Notes: generated by a model from the letters alone, not told the origin. A stretch of DNA of 64,000 nucleotides from Azolla caroliniana (GCA_043228905.1 JBHGNT010000005.1:17112001-17176000); one strand, 5' to 3'. Positions 13,001 to 26,580 are shown, counted from the stretch's first letter. A program made the numbers and translations.

Positions 13001-13612
13001 AAGCCCATATATGAAGCTAGAATGCCAAGAAAATGGAAGAATCAGGCAACTTTCGCATAACTTCAGACTTGATATTAACTTCATTGTTAGAAATGAATGA
13101 GGCCGATGTGAACATGTCAAACATGACTTGCTCCCCCTGGAATTGATATATTTTGACATAGTTAGATATAAGGCGACTTGATTGTTCAAAGTGGATCCCA
13201 AGTTAGAAGCTGCTTTTAGACATGAAAGTATATTACTCTTTAAGATGGGCAGAAATTTGTTGGTGAATTCCAAGAAACCATGGTGGATTGACAGTCAGTA
13301 GAACTTACCTAGGTAGTCGAGAAGGAGGCGGCCATCACAGAACCTTCGTGCAGGATGTCCGGGGAATGTAATACCATAGGGAAGCTTCATGGAGTTTAGG
13401 GCATCTTTATGCCCAAGAAGGGCAGCATTTCCTGTGTCCCACAGGGAGTCCCCGAACACAAACAGCAAGGTTACGCCAGATTTTTCTTCACCAGATGATG
13501 ATGATGATGATGATGATGAATCAGCTCCAGCGAGAAGTAGCAAGAGGATGGAGAAGAATAGCAGACCCATCTGTGCTACTCCCCTGCAGCTGCTGCTGCT
13601 GCCCGTGGCCAT
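10013..13612 (-). CDS. GDSL (SGNH) esterase/lipase with signal peptide; exons 13612-13309, 13016-12777, 12252-12095, 10674-10410, 10254-10013
   Basis: Block I FVFGDSLWDTGN, PYGITF..RFCDGRL, block II GVNYAVVGS, block III ISIGGNDF, GARNF, ACCG, block V FWDNVHNT; canonical 5-exon layout, phases consistent. Confidence 0.93.
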
Positions 13613-13698
13613 CTGAGAAACTGAATCCACAGATTCAGAAGTGGGCAAACCACTGCAAGTACTCTCTCTGCATACCACCACGCAAGTGGGTTCGCGTC

Positions 13699-13700
<2 letters not shown>

Positions 13701-13741
<41 letters not shown>
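13701..13741. repeat. (CT)n/(GA)n microsatellite upstream of the GDSL start
   Basis: About 20 TC units. Confidence 0.9.
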
Positions 13742-13745
<4 letters not shown>

Positions 13746-13813
13746 CTCTGAGTTTTCTGTATTTCCCTCCCCTGCCCCTCCCATGCCAGGGAGTTCCTTA
13801 CTTTTCTTTTCTT

Positions 13814-14140
13814 CTTTTTTCTGTGTAAGTCTATGTTTCTTATTAAAACAAGATGATAATACTCCTCTTTTTTCTGCGTAAATCTATGTATTGTTATTAA
13901 AACAAGATCATAATACTCATCTTTTTTCTGTGTAAATCTATCTTTGTTAATTTAAAACAAGATGATAATACTAATCTTTTTTTTGGTGTAAATCTATGTT
14001 TGTTAATTTAAAACAAGATGATAATACTCATCTTTTTTCTGCGTAAGTCTATGTTTGTTAATTTAAAACAAGATGATAATACTCATCTTTTTTCTGTGTA
14101 AATCTATGTTTGTTAATTTAAAACAAGATGATAATACTAA
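13814..14140. repeat. Tandem minisatellite, 6 x ~54-56 bp
   Basis: Unit ~TTTTTTCTGTGTAAATCTATGTTTGTTAATTTAAAACAAGATGATAATACTCATC repeated six times. Confidence 0.93.
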
Positions 14141-14494
14141 CCCTTGCTATCTCCACTACTTCATTATTAAACAGAGAATGCATTATCTCTTGGAGAGAAT
14201 ATTACGAAATTCTTTGAAGATCACTTTGCTATGCGAGATGCTATTGTATATGCCGCACATAGGTTTGGCAAAAAGCAACTAGAGGGAAAGTCATCTCGGG
14301 CTATTGTTTGTACAATCTTTGATGAACGTAAAAGGGCAATGATTCTAGATAGTAGTAAGGTGTAATTAAAGGGGACAAGTTTTTTTGTAACAGAGGATAG
14401 AACTCCACAAGAGCAAGAACGTAGAAGGCAAGCATATGAATTGAGGAAAGCAAATAAAAAAGGCATAGCATGCAACAACCTATGGGACTATAAG

Positions 14495-15012
14495 TAACAA
14501 TCGGCAACGGTTCGGTTCGGTTCGAGAGGGTCCAAACCGAACCGGTTTGGAACCGAACCATTAAAAAAAGTTGAAACCTGAACCGAACCGAACCGCGAAA
14601 CCTTTAAACCGAACCATTAAACATTTTTCAAACCATTAAACCGTAAAAACCGCGGTTTCGTGGTTCGGTTTGGTTTTCAACATAGGTCAAATTTATTTTA
14701 TTTTATTTTTAAATTTATAATATTTCATTATTTAGAATTTTTAAAATTTTTAAGATGTTCCTAAAATGTGGGAATAAGAGTAAAAATGAAAAGATTGTTT
14801 AAAAACAATTTTTAAAATTTTTTAGAATTTTTTTCAAATTTTTTTAAATTTTTTTTTAAAATTTAAAAAATTAAAAATTAAAAACCGTTTAAACCGCGGT
14901 TTTTGACTGCTGAAACCAAACCGAAACCGAACCGAACCGTTGAAACCATTAAGCCGTTAAACCACGGTTTCGCGGTTCGGTTCGGTTCAAACCGAACTGT
15001 TGCCGATTGTTA
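14495..15012. mobile_element. hAT-type MITE (young copy)
   Basis: TIR TAACAATCGGCAAC / GTTGCCGATTGTTA; 8-bp TSD ACTATAAG (14487-14494, 15013-15020); subterminal AACCG/CGGTT arrays; AT-rich core. Confidence 0.93.
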
Positions 15013-16838
15013 ACTATAAGTGCTTCACGATTGAAAGTAATGTTTTGGAATTGTAAGGGATATCCATGGAATAAGGGTTTAGGACTCAATGATGTAGCTC
15101 AAGATATGGATATTGTATTTTTGGCTGAAACATGGGAGCATGAGGCAAAACGTATACCTAAGATAGACAATTACCTCATAAAATTGATATGGCCTCACTC
15201 CAAAGGGAATATCGGACGTGTCGGGATAGCATGTATCTACCATGAGAGCTTAGATAATTCTATCAAAGTATGCAAATATGATGACTAAAAGAGATACATA
15301 TGGATAGAGGTTAATTTGGGGAAAGAGAAATTGTATATAGTTGCATGTTCCATTCCTCACAAAGATTAAAACTACTATAGTAGCTTTGGGTTAGATTGTG
15401 ACGATCCTTTTATAGAATTATGCCATGATATACTTTCATTTCAGAAGCTTGGTAAAGTTTGAATTATGGGAGGCTTCAATGCATGAGTTGGAAATTTCCA
15501 AAATGTGGAGACATTTGAAGAAAATGTAGTAGAACATTGTCTATTGTGTGACTCAAAGGATTGTGCCATGTCAGATTATGGAAAACTTTTGATACATATG
15601 TTAAATTGCAGAAAGTTGATTATCCTAAATGGTATAAAGGCATTCCCATTAACAAATGTGCTCACATGTTTACCATCCTCGGGTGGAGGAAGTGTGGTTG
15701 ATTTATCATTGGTGAATGTGTTTAAAGTTGGTTCTCTATCTTCGGACTCAGACCACAAGCCATTGTACTTAGAGTTTGCAGTTCCACATTTCACCAATAA
15801 ATACCATGGAGTGAAAGATGAAAAGAGATGTATCATTCGACCTTGCTACGAAAAAGCTAAGATGTATGCAAATGAAGTGGACAACTATTTCTTAAATTTT
15901 TCTCTAAGCAATGATGTTAAAGAAAATTGGCAACATTTGAAGGATATCATCCTTAAGGTTGGGTATCAATACTTTAAGAGGCATGTGGGTGGGCATAAGA
16001 TATGTAGTTTTCCATGTAATTCTTGGTTCGACGATGAATGTAAGGTGTATCTCAAATGGTTTGAGTCCATAGAGGGGGGAAATGAAATGATCGTTGCATG
16101 ACACTTATATAAGAAAGTAGTGAGGAGAAAGAAAAGAAGATATTTCCAAATGTAGGAGATGGAAAAAGAAAAACTTGTTTAAGCTCAAACCAAAATTAGC
16201 ATGGGGACAACTCAAGGGTAAGAAAGAATATGTGAAAGGCCACTTTACAAATGATGTTAGACTATGTACAAAGGCTATATATGCATGAAGGTGTGGCTCC
16301 TATGGTTGAGAAAATTGAAACACCATGCACTACATGTATCGATATTGATGATGTCGATAAGGGAATAAAGAAGATGGCGAGTAGGAAAGTAGTAGATGCA
16401 ACCTACGTCTCAAGTGAGCTTTTAAAATGGACAATGCCACATACTCGTCATTAGATTATGACAATTATAGAGCAAGCTATAAAACAAAGATTTCCAAATG
16501 ATTGGCTTATGAATTGGATTAAACCAATATTTAAAGTTGGAGATAAGAATCAAGTATCAAATTATCGTACAATAATGGTGAGCTCAACTATTGCTAAATT
16601 ATATAGCACTATTATGGAGCAAAAGATAAGCACATGGGATGAAAGTACAAGCAAAAGAGCACTCGGGCAAGCAGGATTTAGACGAAAACACTCCACTATG
16701 GATCATTTGGTCACATTGAGGGTAATCATGGAAGAGAGTTAACTACAAGGAAAAACACTTTATTGTTGTTTTGTTGATTTTAAGGAAGCTTTTGATACCG
16801 TACCACGAAATGAATTTTGGAATAGAATGGTAGAGATT

Positions 16839-17391
16839 TGTTGGGAAACAGGTTCCTCCGGATGGGAAGAGAACGAACTGAATCGGATGGAGTCAATGAG
16901 TATTTCGGTTGAGGCCGAAACCGAAATCGGGAGACTATCTATGTAAATAGCCTAAATGTGCCCCTTGTGGGCTATGTATGTAAATTGCCAAAAAGTTGTA
17001 TAAGTATAAATACGACTAGGGCAAACTTTACAAGGGTAGTTGAATCATTATAGTTGTAATAAGTTACACTGTGGGTCATTGCCTCAGTAACTGTGTAAGA
17101 GTGGGAGAGAGTGAGAAAGAGAGTGAGAGTGTGTAACTCTACATCCGTCTATCTGATGAAGGAGAGCTCAAGGTTGTTGCCTTGGAGCTTCTTATTGTAC
17201 TCCTCCCCTTATAGTGATCTAGTTCGGAGTTCGAGGACTTCCGTGGTTTTTCCCTTTCGGATTTTCCACGTTAAATATTGTCTTTGTTTCTCGTTTTCTG
17301 CCTACTCGTTTTTTTATTTGTGCATTATCTTGCTCGTTTCCTTGCACCCTCATCCGAGAGAGAAACCCGTTGTGGCTAGTCGATCCTAACA
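16839..17391 (+). mobile_element. Copia-type solo LTR (553 bp) in the LINE RT
   Basis: TGTTGG...CCTAACA; TSD AGATT both sides; LINE frame resumes (MVEI|DIPLEY); start resembles the Copia-4 LTR (46128 end); GGTTTTTCCC..TTTTCCACGTTAAA motif shared with the other copia LTRs. Confidence 0.9.
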
Positions 17392-17662
17392 AGATTGACA
17401 TTCCATTAGAGTACCGAGTTGTTGTTGCACACTTATATGAACAAGTTAAATGCCAGCTAAAAATGGATAGTGGATTCTCAAAGCACTTTTTAAGTAACAT
17501 GGGGGTCAAGCAAGGACGTCCACTATCACCCACACTCTTTCGCTTATGAATTGATAAATTAGAAGTGGTGAATAAGGTTGCAAGAGAAGAAGAATTGGAT
17601 GGCCCCAAATTGATGCAACACGTTATCTTATTGCTTCTATATGTAGATGATGTGGTACTCTT

Positions 17663-20600
17663 TGTTAGTAATATGTCCCTCCAATTGGAAGAGCCGACTG
17701 TTTGGAGAGGGCCCGACAGTCGAAGACAAGGAGCAGCCGACTGATCGAATGAGTCGGTTGATTAGTAAGACTATTATTAATGGTAGATAATAATAGGAAT
17801 GATAGTAGTAGTGACTACATTTGTAAATAGTCCATACAAGGCAAAAGTATAAATACACTTAGGGCAAACAATTTGTTATTCTCTGTAGTAGCTAGCGATA
17901 GAGAAGAGTGAGAACGAGAGAAGAGTGAGCGACGCTGTCGTGAAAATCCGTCACTATGTGCGGATCGCGAGGCAGAACCGCCGGGGTTCTGGACTAGAAG
18001 GGTTTAGTGCAACATGTACAACACAAGCAAAATTCACATATAAGACAAGCAGATGAGAGAAAACATTCCTTTATTGCATAAGAAAAAATATATTCTTTTA
18101 TAATTCAAGAATCTTGTTACAACGGGTTGGAGATGAAAATGAGAGATAAAATTTTTAAAGAAAGGAACCAACAACCATATAAGGAGTGGTCCAATATGAA
18201 TATGAGAGACAATTTTTGGCAAGAAAGATTGAGCAAGCCAAGCCAAGAGTTTGATATCAATATGACAGATAAGTTGTTTTGGAATCCTAGAGAGAAGAAG
18301 GAAGGAAAAAAAAGTAGAGGGAAAAAATGGAACATATTGAGTTCTTTGTTGATCCCCCTTCCCAATGTTACTTTGCATGCTCACTTTTAGTTGCATGCTT
18401 CCATTTTTAGTTACATGCCTTTTACTTTTAGTTGCATGGCCTTGGCTTTTAGTTGCATGCGACCGTCCGTATAATTCAGCCAAATGACCCAATCATCCAT
18501 AAATTTTAGCACGTGCGCAATTCGTACGTGCGTCACAACCAAACCGTAGACGCGTCTTCGCGCAAAAGTCCCGACAGCGCAGTGTACGCATCCACACACG
18601 CGCGCATCCCGACCGCATCGTGTACGCATCCGCACACACGTTCGCACACACGCGTCCGTCCGAAAACATCGAAACTTGCATGCGTACGCCCGAAAACGTG
18701 CACACGCACGTACGTCTGAAAACATCCACGCAGCCATACACACGTGCATACGCCCGAAGCATCCACGCGGCCATGCATATAGGCATATGCCAGAAGCATC
18801 GTGTACCGCATCGTGTACGCATCCGCACACACGTTCGCACACACGCGTCCGTCCGAAAACATCGAAACTTGCACGCGTACGCCCGAAAACGTGCACACGC
18901 ACGTACGACTGAAAACATCCACGCAGCCGTACACACGCGCATACGCCCAAAGCATCCACGCGACCGTGCATATAGGCATACGCTCGAAGCGTCCACACTA
19001 CAAAGTGTAGCTCAAGTCACCTTGAACATTCTGTGCTCCACACATTAATAGAATGAATATGTTTTGGTTTCTCTTATATATTCTGGGTTCCAATGTTGTC
19101 CTATCTATGTGGGATATCTCACAGTTTTGTCTTTTCTTTTTTTTCTTCAAACTTCACACTTGCATAACTTAATACTTGTTTATCCGTTTCATGCGTAGTA
19201 AAATACATTATGAAGCTCTTGAAGACATCTATCTTTCCAAATAAATACATTAAGCTAATCATAAATAATTGTTTTACTAGTTTTCATATCGTGTGTGAAA
19301 AACCACATGACAACGCCATAGTTGTGTTCTGCAACAACATATGCCAAGAGCCCTGCGCAGCTAATACACTCGGTGTAGAGTGTGTTGTGCTCTAATCTCG
19401 TTGTTGTATATCCACTGTATAGTGAAGCTCCATTCCCCGTGGTTTTCTCCCGCTTTAGGGTTTCCACGTTAAATCTGTGTACACCATTTTTTTGTGTAGA
19501 AGAGTTGTGTATTTTAGCATATTCCTTTTCTAGTGGATTGACGATTCATTTCTCAACAAACTGGTATTAGAGCTTGAGGTGCAAGCATGGAAGGAGGTGT
19601 GCATGGCTTCCTAGGAATGATAGCTCTAAATTCTCAAAACTATGTAGACTGGAAGATAAAGATAGAGGACCTTCTCATAGTCAAAGACCTGTACGAGCCG
19701 ATCGAAAGAGCAGAAATCCCCACGGGGGTATTAGAGTCAGAATGGAAACTTCCAAACAGAAAGGCGGTGGCCACCATATGATAGTGCGTCGATGTAAGTG
19801 TCCTTCAACATGTGACGAACGACACAAATGCCCATGAGATGTGGCAGAAGTTGTCAGGTCTATATGAGAGGAAGAACGCCCTCAATAAAAACCTAACTGA
19901 TGAGAAAGTTTATACGACTAAAATATAGAGACGGTGAGAGCATCATGGAACACATCAGCACATTCATGGGGTATGCAAACCAACTTGCCACAACCAAGTT
20001 TCCCCTTGATGATGCTATGTAGGCCATCCTACTTATGTGCACATTGTCGGATAGCTGGGAGAACCCGGTGGTTACTCTCATCACCTCTTGTCAAGAAGAG
20101 AACTTGTCTTTACAAGAGGTGAAGACAAGCATCCTGAACGAGGAAGCGAGAAGGAAGGACAAGGGTGTCCTAGTCCAGTTGGAGTCAAATTTGACTCAAC
20201 ATATCGGTAGAGGAAGGAACCGGCAAAGGATTCCACCAAGGAGAGAAAAGTCTCAAGCCATGTCGAAGTCCAGAGGAAAGCTCATCTACTTTTATTGTGG
20301 AAAGCCTAAACATTTCCAGAAGGACTATCAACACCTTAAAAAGGAAAAGAGTGTCGATAATGGTGTCGAACTCAGGAAGATTCCTGATGAAAAGGGCACT
20401 TCAGCCATTGCTACGAGCAATGAAGAACTTATGTTCATCTATGAACAGGCAAGTGCAAACCTAGCGAGTGAGGAATGCACTTGGGTGATCGACTTTGGTG
20501 CATCTTTCCATATAACTCCGTCGAGAGAGTATTTCTCGACTTACATAGCTGGGGATCATGGTTATGTAAAGATGGGTGACAATGGGGAGTGCAAGATAGT

Positions 20601-23600
20601 TGGAGTTGGAAGGGTTTGTTTCACGACGTCGACAGGGTGTCGGTTGACTCTAAAGGATGTTTGACATGTCCTCGACATCAGATTGAATCTGATATTGACT
20701 AGATGACGAAGGCTACAATGGTAGTTTTCGAAATGGTAAGTGGAAGTTCTGCCGAGGAAATCTTATAGTGGCCCGAGCACAGAAAGAAGGCACATTGTAG
20801 ATGATGCAAGCCCGACTGTAAAAATCGGAAGTGATTGTGGCAGCCGACTCGGCAAGACAGATATGGCATAAGAGGCTAGGCCACATGAGTGAGAAGGGAC
20901 TGCATCTGTTGGCCGACCAGAAGTAAGGGAGTGCACCTAGAGAAGTGCGTTGACTACTTAGTCAGAAAGCATAATAGAGCAGCATTCCACACACAGCCAC
21001 CAAGAAGAAGAGAAGTTGCACTAGAATTGGTACACACGGATGTGTGTTATGTAGATGCTCCGTAGCATCGAGGCAGATAGTACTTTGTGACTTTCATCAA
21101 CGACTATAGTTGGAAGTTGTGGGCTTTTGTACTAAAGTCAAAAGATCAAGTATTGTCATCCTTCAAGGAGTTCCAGGCAAGAGCCTTGGGTTAGATGTTG
21201 AAGGATGTCCGAATCGACAATGGTGGCGAATATAAAGGTAGTTTGAGGAATATTGCAAGGCCCAAGGTATTTGAATCGAATACGTAGTACCGAAGACCCT
21301 TAAGTTGAACGGGCTTGCAGAGAGGATGAACCCGACAATCATGGAGAGAGTAAGGAATATGCTCTCTCATGCTAAACTGCTGAAATCGTATTGGGTTGAG
21401 GCGATGTATGCAGTTGTTTATCTGATCAGCAAGTCTCCCTCAGTACCATTGAAGGGTGATGTTCCACAGAGGGTGTGGACAGGAAAGGATGTCTCCTACC
21501 GACACCTGAGGATGTTCGGATGCCTAGTGTATATGCATGTGCCTAAGGATCAGAGGTCGAAGCTCGACAATAAGCCTAAGCCATGCATATTCATGGGATA
21601 CTCAGAAGATGAGTTCAGCTACAGGTTATGGGACCTAGTCGACAAGAAAGTAGTGAGGAGTCGGGATGTAGTCTTCTTGGAAGGCAAGACGATAGAGGAC
21701 TGGAAGCAACAGAAGTCGGAATCTACTACCCAGTCAACCTCTACTACTGTCGATTTGAGGTCAAGTGAACTGACACAATCGGCTATTCAGAGACAGCCAA
21801 TCGGCACAACCGATTCTGAGTCGATTGACTCAGAGAGACCGACCGACGATGAGTCTGAGTCGGCTGAGCTGTTAAGGTCGATCGAGGAATACGAGTTGGA
21901 GTCGTCCAACCTTGAGAAGATGATCAACATATATGAACCCGAGCAAAGAGGAGAGTCGGGAGAGACACCCGAACGAGAGCCAACAACGAGTGGAAGGAGA
22001 TACCCACTTAGAGAACGGAGAGCACCGACAACATATGCCAGTGAATACAGCCACTTGACTGATGAAGGTGAGTCAGAGTGCTATGATGAAGCCATTGCCG
22101 ACGAGCACAAAGAGAAATGGTTGAGCGCGATGCAAGATGAGATGGACTCCTTGCACAAAAACTACACCTACGACCTAGTAGAATTACCGAAAGATAAGAG
22201 AGCACTTAGGATCAAATGGGTCTACGAGGTGAAGACTAGAGAAGTTGTCAATGCACCTAGGTATAAAGCCCGCATTGTGGTGAAGGGTTTCCAACAGAAA
22301 AAGGGTGTCAAATTTGACAAAATATTCGCTCTAGTTGTGAAGATGACATCCATTAGAACTGTTCTGAGCATAGCTGGCAACATTGACATGGAGATCGAAT
22401 AGTTGGATGTCAAGATGACATTCTTGCACGGGGAGCTGGATGAAGAAATTTACATGCAGCAACCCGAAGGCTTTGTGGAGAAAGGGAAAGAGAATCCAGT
22501 GTGTCGACTAAAGAAAAGCTTGTATGGGTTGAAACAAGCTCCACACCAATGGTACAAGAAGTTTGAATCCTTCATGGTGGAACATGGGTTCCAAAAAACA
22601 TAGGCTGATCACTGTGTGTTCGTCAAAAGGTACGATGAAGGTGATATCTTGATTCTCATATTATATGTAGACGACATGTTGATAGTCGGTCAAGATACAA
22701 GGAAGATCGGAAGCTTGAAGAAAGTTCTAGGAAAATCATTTGTCGTGAACGATCTTGGTCCGGCTAAACAGACCTTAGGGATGCACATAGTTTGGGACAG
22801 AACTAAGAAAGTGTTGTGGTTGTCACAAGAGAAATACGTGAAGAAGATCCTAGAAAGATTCAACATGTTAGAAGCAAAGTTGGTCAGCTCTGGTTACCGA
22901 CAAACTGCAAGTTAAATGCAAAGCAATGCCCGAGAGGGGAGAAAGAAAAGGTCGAGATGAGGAAAGTCTGTCGACAATCTAATGTAGGCTATGGTCTGCA
23001 TGAGACCAGACATAGCCTTTGATGTGGGAATAGTAAGCCAATACATGAGTAATCCAGGAAGAGAACGATGAAGTGGATACTCAGGTACTTCAAAGGCACC
23101 TCAAGCGTATGCCTAAGGTATGGTGTCAGAAAACCCATGCTTAAAGGGTTTACCGACTCGGACATGTCGGGGGATGTAGATTCAAGCCAATCCACGTTAG
23201 GGTACATGATGACCTATGCAGGGGGAGCAATATCGTGGCAATCACGACTGTAGAAGTTTGTGGCCTTGTCGACCACAGAGTCAGAGTATATGGCAGCGGT
23301 AGAGGCCGACAAGGAGCTGATTTGGATGAGAAACTTTATCAGCGAGTTGGGGATGAAGCAAAGGGATTTCTTGCTTCATTATGATAGCCAGAGTGCCATA
23401 CATCTAGCCAAGAATGCTGCATACCACTCCCGAACCAAGCACATACAAAGAAGATATCACTGGTTGCGGGAGAAAGTCGAAGAAGGAGAGTTTACCGTCG
23501 TGAAGATCCATACTGACGACAATGGATCCGACATGCTGACAAAGAACCTACCGATGGACCGACTTAGAGTTTGTCGACAAAGGACAGGAATAATGGACTC

Positions 23601-24080
23601 CTCCCCATAGGAGTGAAGGGGGAGTTTGTTAGGAATATGTCCCTCCAATGGGAGGAGCCGATTGTTCGAAGAGGGCCGACAATCGAAAACAGGGAGCAAT
23701 GGACTGATCGGATGAGTCAGTTGATTAGTAAGACTATTATTAATGGTAGATAATAATAGGAATGACAATAACAATGGCTACATTTGTAAATAGCCCATAC
23801 AGGGCATAACTATAAATATACTTAGGGCAAACAGTTTGTTATTCTCTATTGTAGCTAGCGATAGAGAAGAGCGAGTGGCGCCATAGTTGTGTTCTCTAAC
23901 AGCATACGCCAAGAGCCCTGCGCAACTAATACACTCGGTGTAGAGAGTGTTGTACTTTGATCTCGTTGTTGTATATCCACTGTAAAGTGATTCTTTGTTC
24001 TCTGTGGTTTTCTCTGCTTTAGGGTTTCCACGTTAAATCTGTGTACACCGTTTTCTGTGTAGAAGAGTTGTGTGTTTTGC
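17663..24080 (+). mobile_element. Decayed Ty1/copia element 'Copia-2' inserted right after the LINE YVDD motif
   Basis: 5' LTR 17663-19558 (interrupted), PBS TGGTATTAGAGC 19562-19573, fragmented gag-PR-INT-RT-RH 19587-23610, PPT GAGTGAAGGGGGAG, 3' LTR from 23627 truncated at ~24080. Confidence 0.92.
17936..19312 (-). mobile_element. Solo LTR (1377 bp) of the TGTCG...CGACA gypsy clade inside the Copia-2 5' LTR
   Basis: TGTCGTG...CATGACA; 4-bp TSD ACGC; absent from the Copia-2 3' LTR; first ~70 bp are the reverse complement of 27420-27490. Confidence 0.85.
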
Positions 24081-26580
24081 CATTGTAGTGGACTAGCAGT
24101 GAATGTGGAAAAAACAAAAATGATGGTAGTGCAAACCATCCAACCTCATAATTACCCTATGCTCACATATAGCCACAAATGAATGGAGTGCATGCTTTGA
24201 TTCTAGGCTCCAAGCCAGTTGGAAATCGTATTACCTTTTGGAGAACCAATGCAACCAAAGTGATACTTGTGGATGGGAAGTAAAACTAATGTTGTTCAAT
24301 GCCATGGTAACTCAAGTATTGCTTTATGGAGTAGAAGTATGGGGTGGCACCATCTCTCTTAACGCATGGAATGAGATTGAGAAAATTCAAAAGATGTTTT
24401 TAAGGAGGCAATTAGGAGTTAAATGCACTACCTCTTACCAGGTTATGCTCTTGGAAACAAATGTTCGACCCATAGAACTATTGGCACTCCAAAGAGTATA
24501 TAAATACATTACAAAAGTCAAGAATATGCCAAATCATCGATTACCACATCTTGCTTGGAATGTTGGATGTAAGCTACAAGAGAATTATAAAAGTAAGATT
24601 CTCTCATCCGGTAGCCAGGTTGTTGACATAAGGAAATGGTTTAGATGATCTTTTAGAGCTTTCAGGCAATGCTATGTAGTATGTAATGATTGAGGAAAGG
24701 TTGGTGGAATCATTAAGGATGAAATGGGAAGATGCTAAGAGGACAAAGCTATAATAATACATTGCAAATGTCAACCCTGAATGTTGGTCTCAATATAAAG
24801 CAAGAATGCCTATTGATCGTATCCAACCTTATCTCATTACATATATGAGTAGTAATGCTCGTAGATTGCTTACACTACTTCGCACTTGATCTCACAAGTT
24901 AGGTATTGAAGTTGCATCATGGTATCAAAATGTAACTAATTTGAAGACATGCAAAGTATGCAATGAAGGCATGGTAGAGGATGAATGTCACTTGCTCTTC
25001 ACATGCTCCACATATAGTGCAATTCGTTCAAGATATGTTGACATACTAAGAGGGAGTGATAACTTAAGTGCCATACTTAAGACACCACCGAGAAGGTTGA
25101 GGTCATATGTGTATGCTTTATTCACACATAGAGACTTTGTGCTTCAATGTATGAATACCCTTCTTAGGAAGGAGACACATATCAAGAACACATGTACATA
25201 CTCTGGTCCCATAGGTCAAAATTGGCCTCTTTATGGACGATAAAAATTATAATTCTATTAGTAGTGATATTGGCATTATGGTAAACCCTCTCAAAGTGTG
25301 TTGTAATACTAGATGACGTAATTGTACCATACATAAAAAACATGCCCCATTCAAAATATTATGTCCTCGTTTTCCAATACCAAATGATCAATCTTTCCAT
25401 GGTTCGTCGACCACCACCTCTGGAATCGGGTAAACAAAACTAGGCAATGCCACTATTGATTGCCAAACATACCCATATCCACATTGTCGTGAAGATTTTC
25501 GACAATAGTGTGAAAATCGTGTGGAACGAGGAATATCGAGAAGGTGCAATGTGCACACATATGAAAGGAGTGATGGTTACACATGTATGTTAGCACGTTA
25601 ATGTGCCCGTGTGATGTGTGTTTGGGTGTTAATTACACAAGATATAAATCTAAGCCTAGGGCATAGTGGCATACAATGAGGTGCAAGTAAGGTTTTGAAC
25701 CTTACACTTCGAGGTTAGGAGGCAATTGACATACCATTAGGCTAAGTTGTTTTCTTTAAATTTTATTTCTTCATTGTACTTATCACATGTAATAGCTCAT
25801 ACATGACAGCTTGAATGAGGGACATGGTCATCATGCATCACATGTGATGCATGAGTGCCAAATGGCAATCATGCATCGCATGCATTTCATGCATGGTATG
25901 CATGTCTTACACCCTCCATGCATCATATGCATGGGGGCATCTATATAAGAAGGAAAGGAAGGGAAAGGAAAAGCAATGTATGAAATCAATAGTGTAATAA
26001 TAGTTGTCTCATTGGCAATGTGTCTTGTCTCACAATTTTGAAGTCAAAGGTTCAAACCGGGAATTGGAATTCCCGTCCTATCTATCTACCATCTATCTTT
26101 AATACTTTCTCGCTTGCGCTAGTACTTCCGGTCTAGAACATTGACGGTTTCGCGTCATTGTCTTAAGCGATCCTTTCGATCCTCCATCACCACTTGCGGA
26201 TAGAGGCTGGTGCTTGTCTGCGCACATCGCAACGTTTGGCACATGTGTCACATGCTTCACGACATCTTTGTGTCAACCCACACAAGTGTCTTCGACAACA
26301 AGAACGACCCCATTGTAAACCTAAACAATGGTCAATTCCTTGCAAGCACAAGTCAACCAATTCATCCTCTTTGGTCAAAGACCCTGGTGGTCCCGTTCGA
26401 CCGACCCGCAGGCGCGGATTTCCGCGACATAGATTTAGTGAACCCCCGACGTGAAGAACGGCAAGGGAGGATGGCCGGAACTTCAAGTGCTAAAGACTCT
26501 AATGATAGTCTAGCACAAGCAATGGTGAGGATGATGGACCAAATGCTTCAAGAGAGAGACAATGTCGCATGCCTTGATGA

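Larger units (their letters stand above)
14180..25262 (+). mobile_element. Decayed LINE ('LINE-1 copy', RTEX-like, clade uncertain): ORF1 C-terminus plus APE-RT-CCHC ORF2, split by three insertions
   Basis: ORF1 remnant (..LKGTSFFVTEDRT..) 14180-14486; APE (FWNCKG, LAETW, SDHKP) 15013-15800; RT (QAGFR, FVDFKEAFD, GVKQG, LYVDDVVL) 16450-17662; C-terminus (LYGVEVW, CKVC..EDECHLLFTC) 24080-25243; many stops and frameshifts. Confidence 0.88.

Noticed and set aside
5621-13612. Lipase plus GDSL lipase as a lipid or cutin gene cluster
   Set aside because: Two convergent genes from large unrelated families; adjacency alone is not evidence without synteny or co-expression.
13814-14140. Regularly spaced repeats resembling a CRISPR array
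   Set aside because: Head-to-tail units without unique spacers, eukaryotic context, no cas genes.
18411-19048. Several overlapping 140-195 aa ORFs on both strands
   Set aside because: Products of CpG-rich tandem repeats within a solo LTR; no domain signature.
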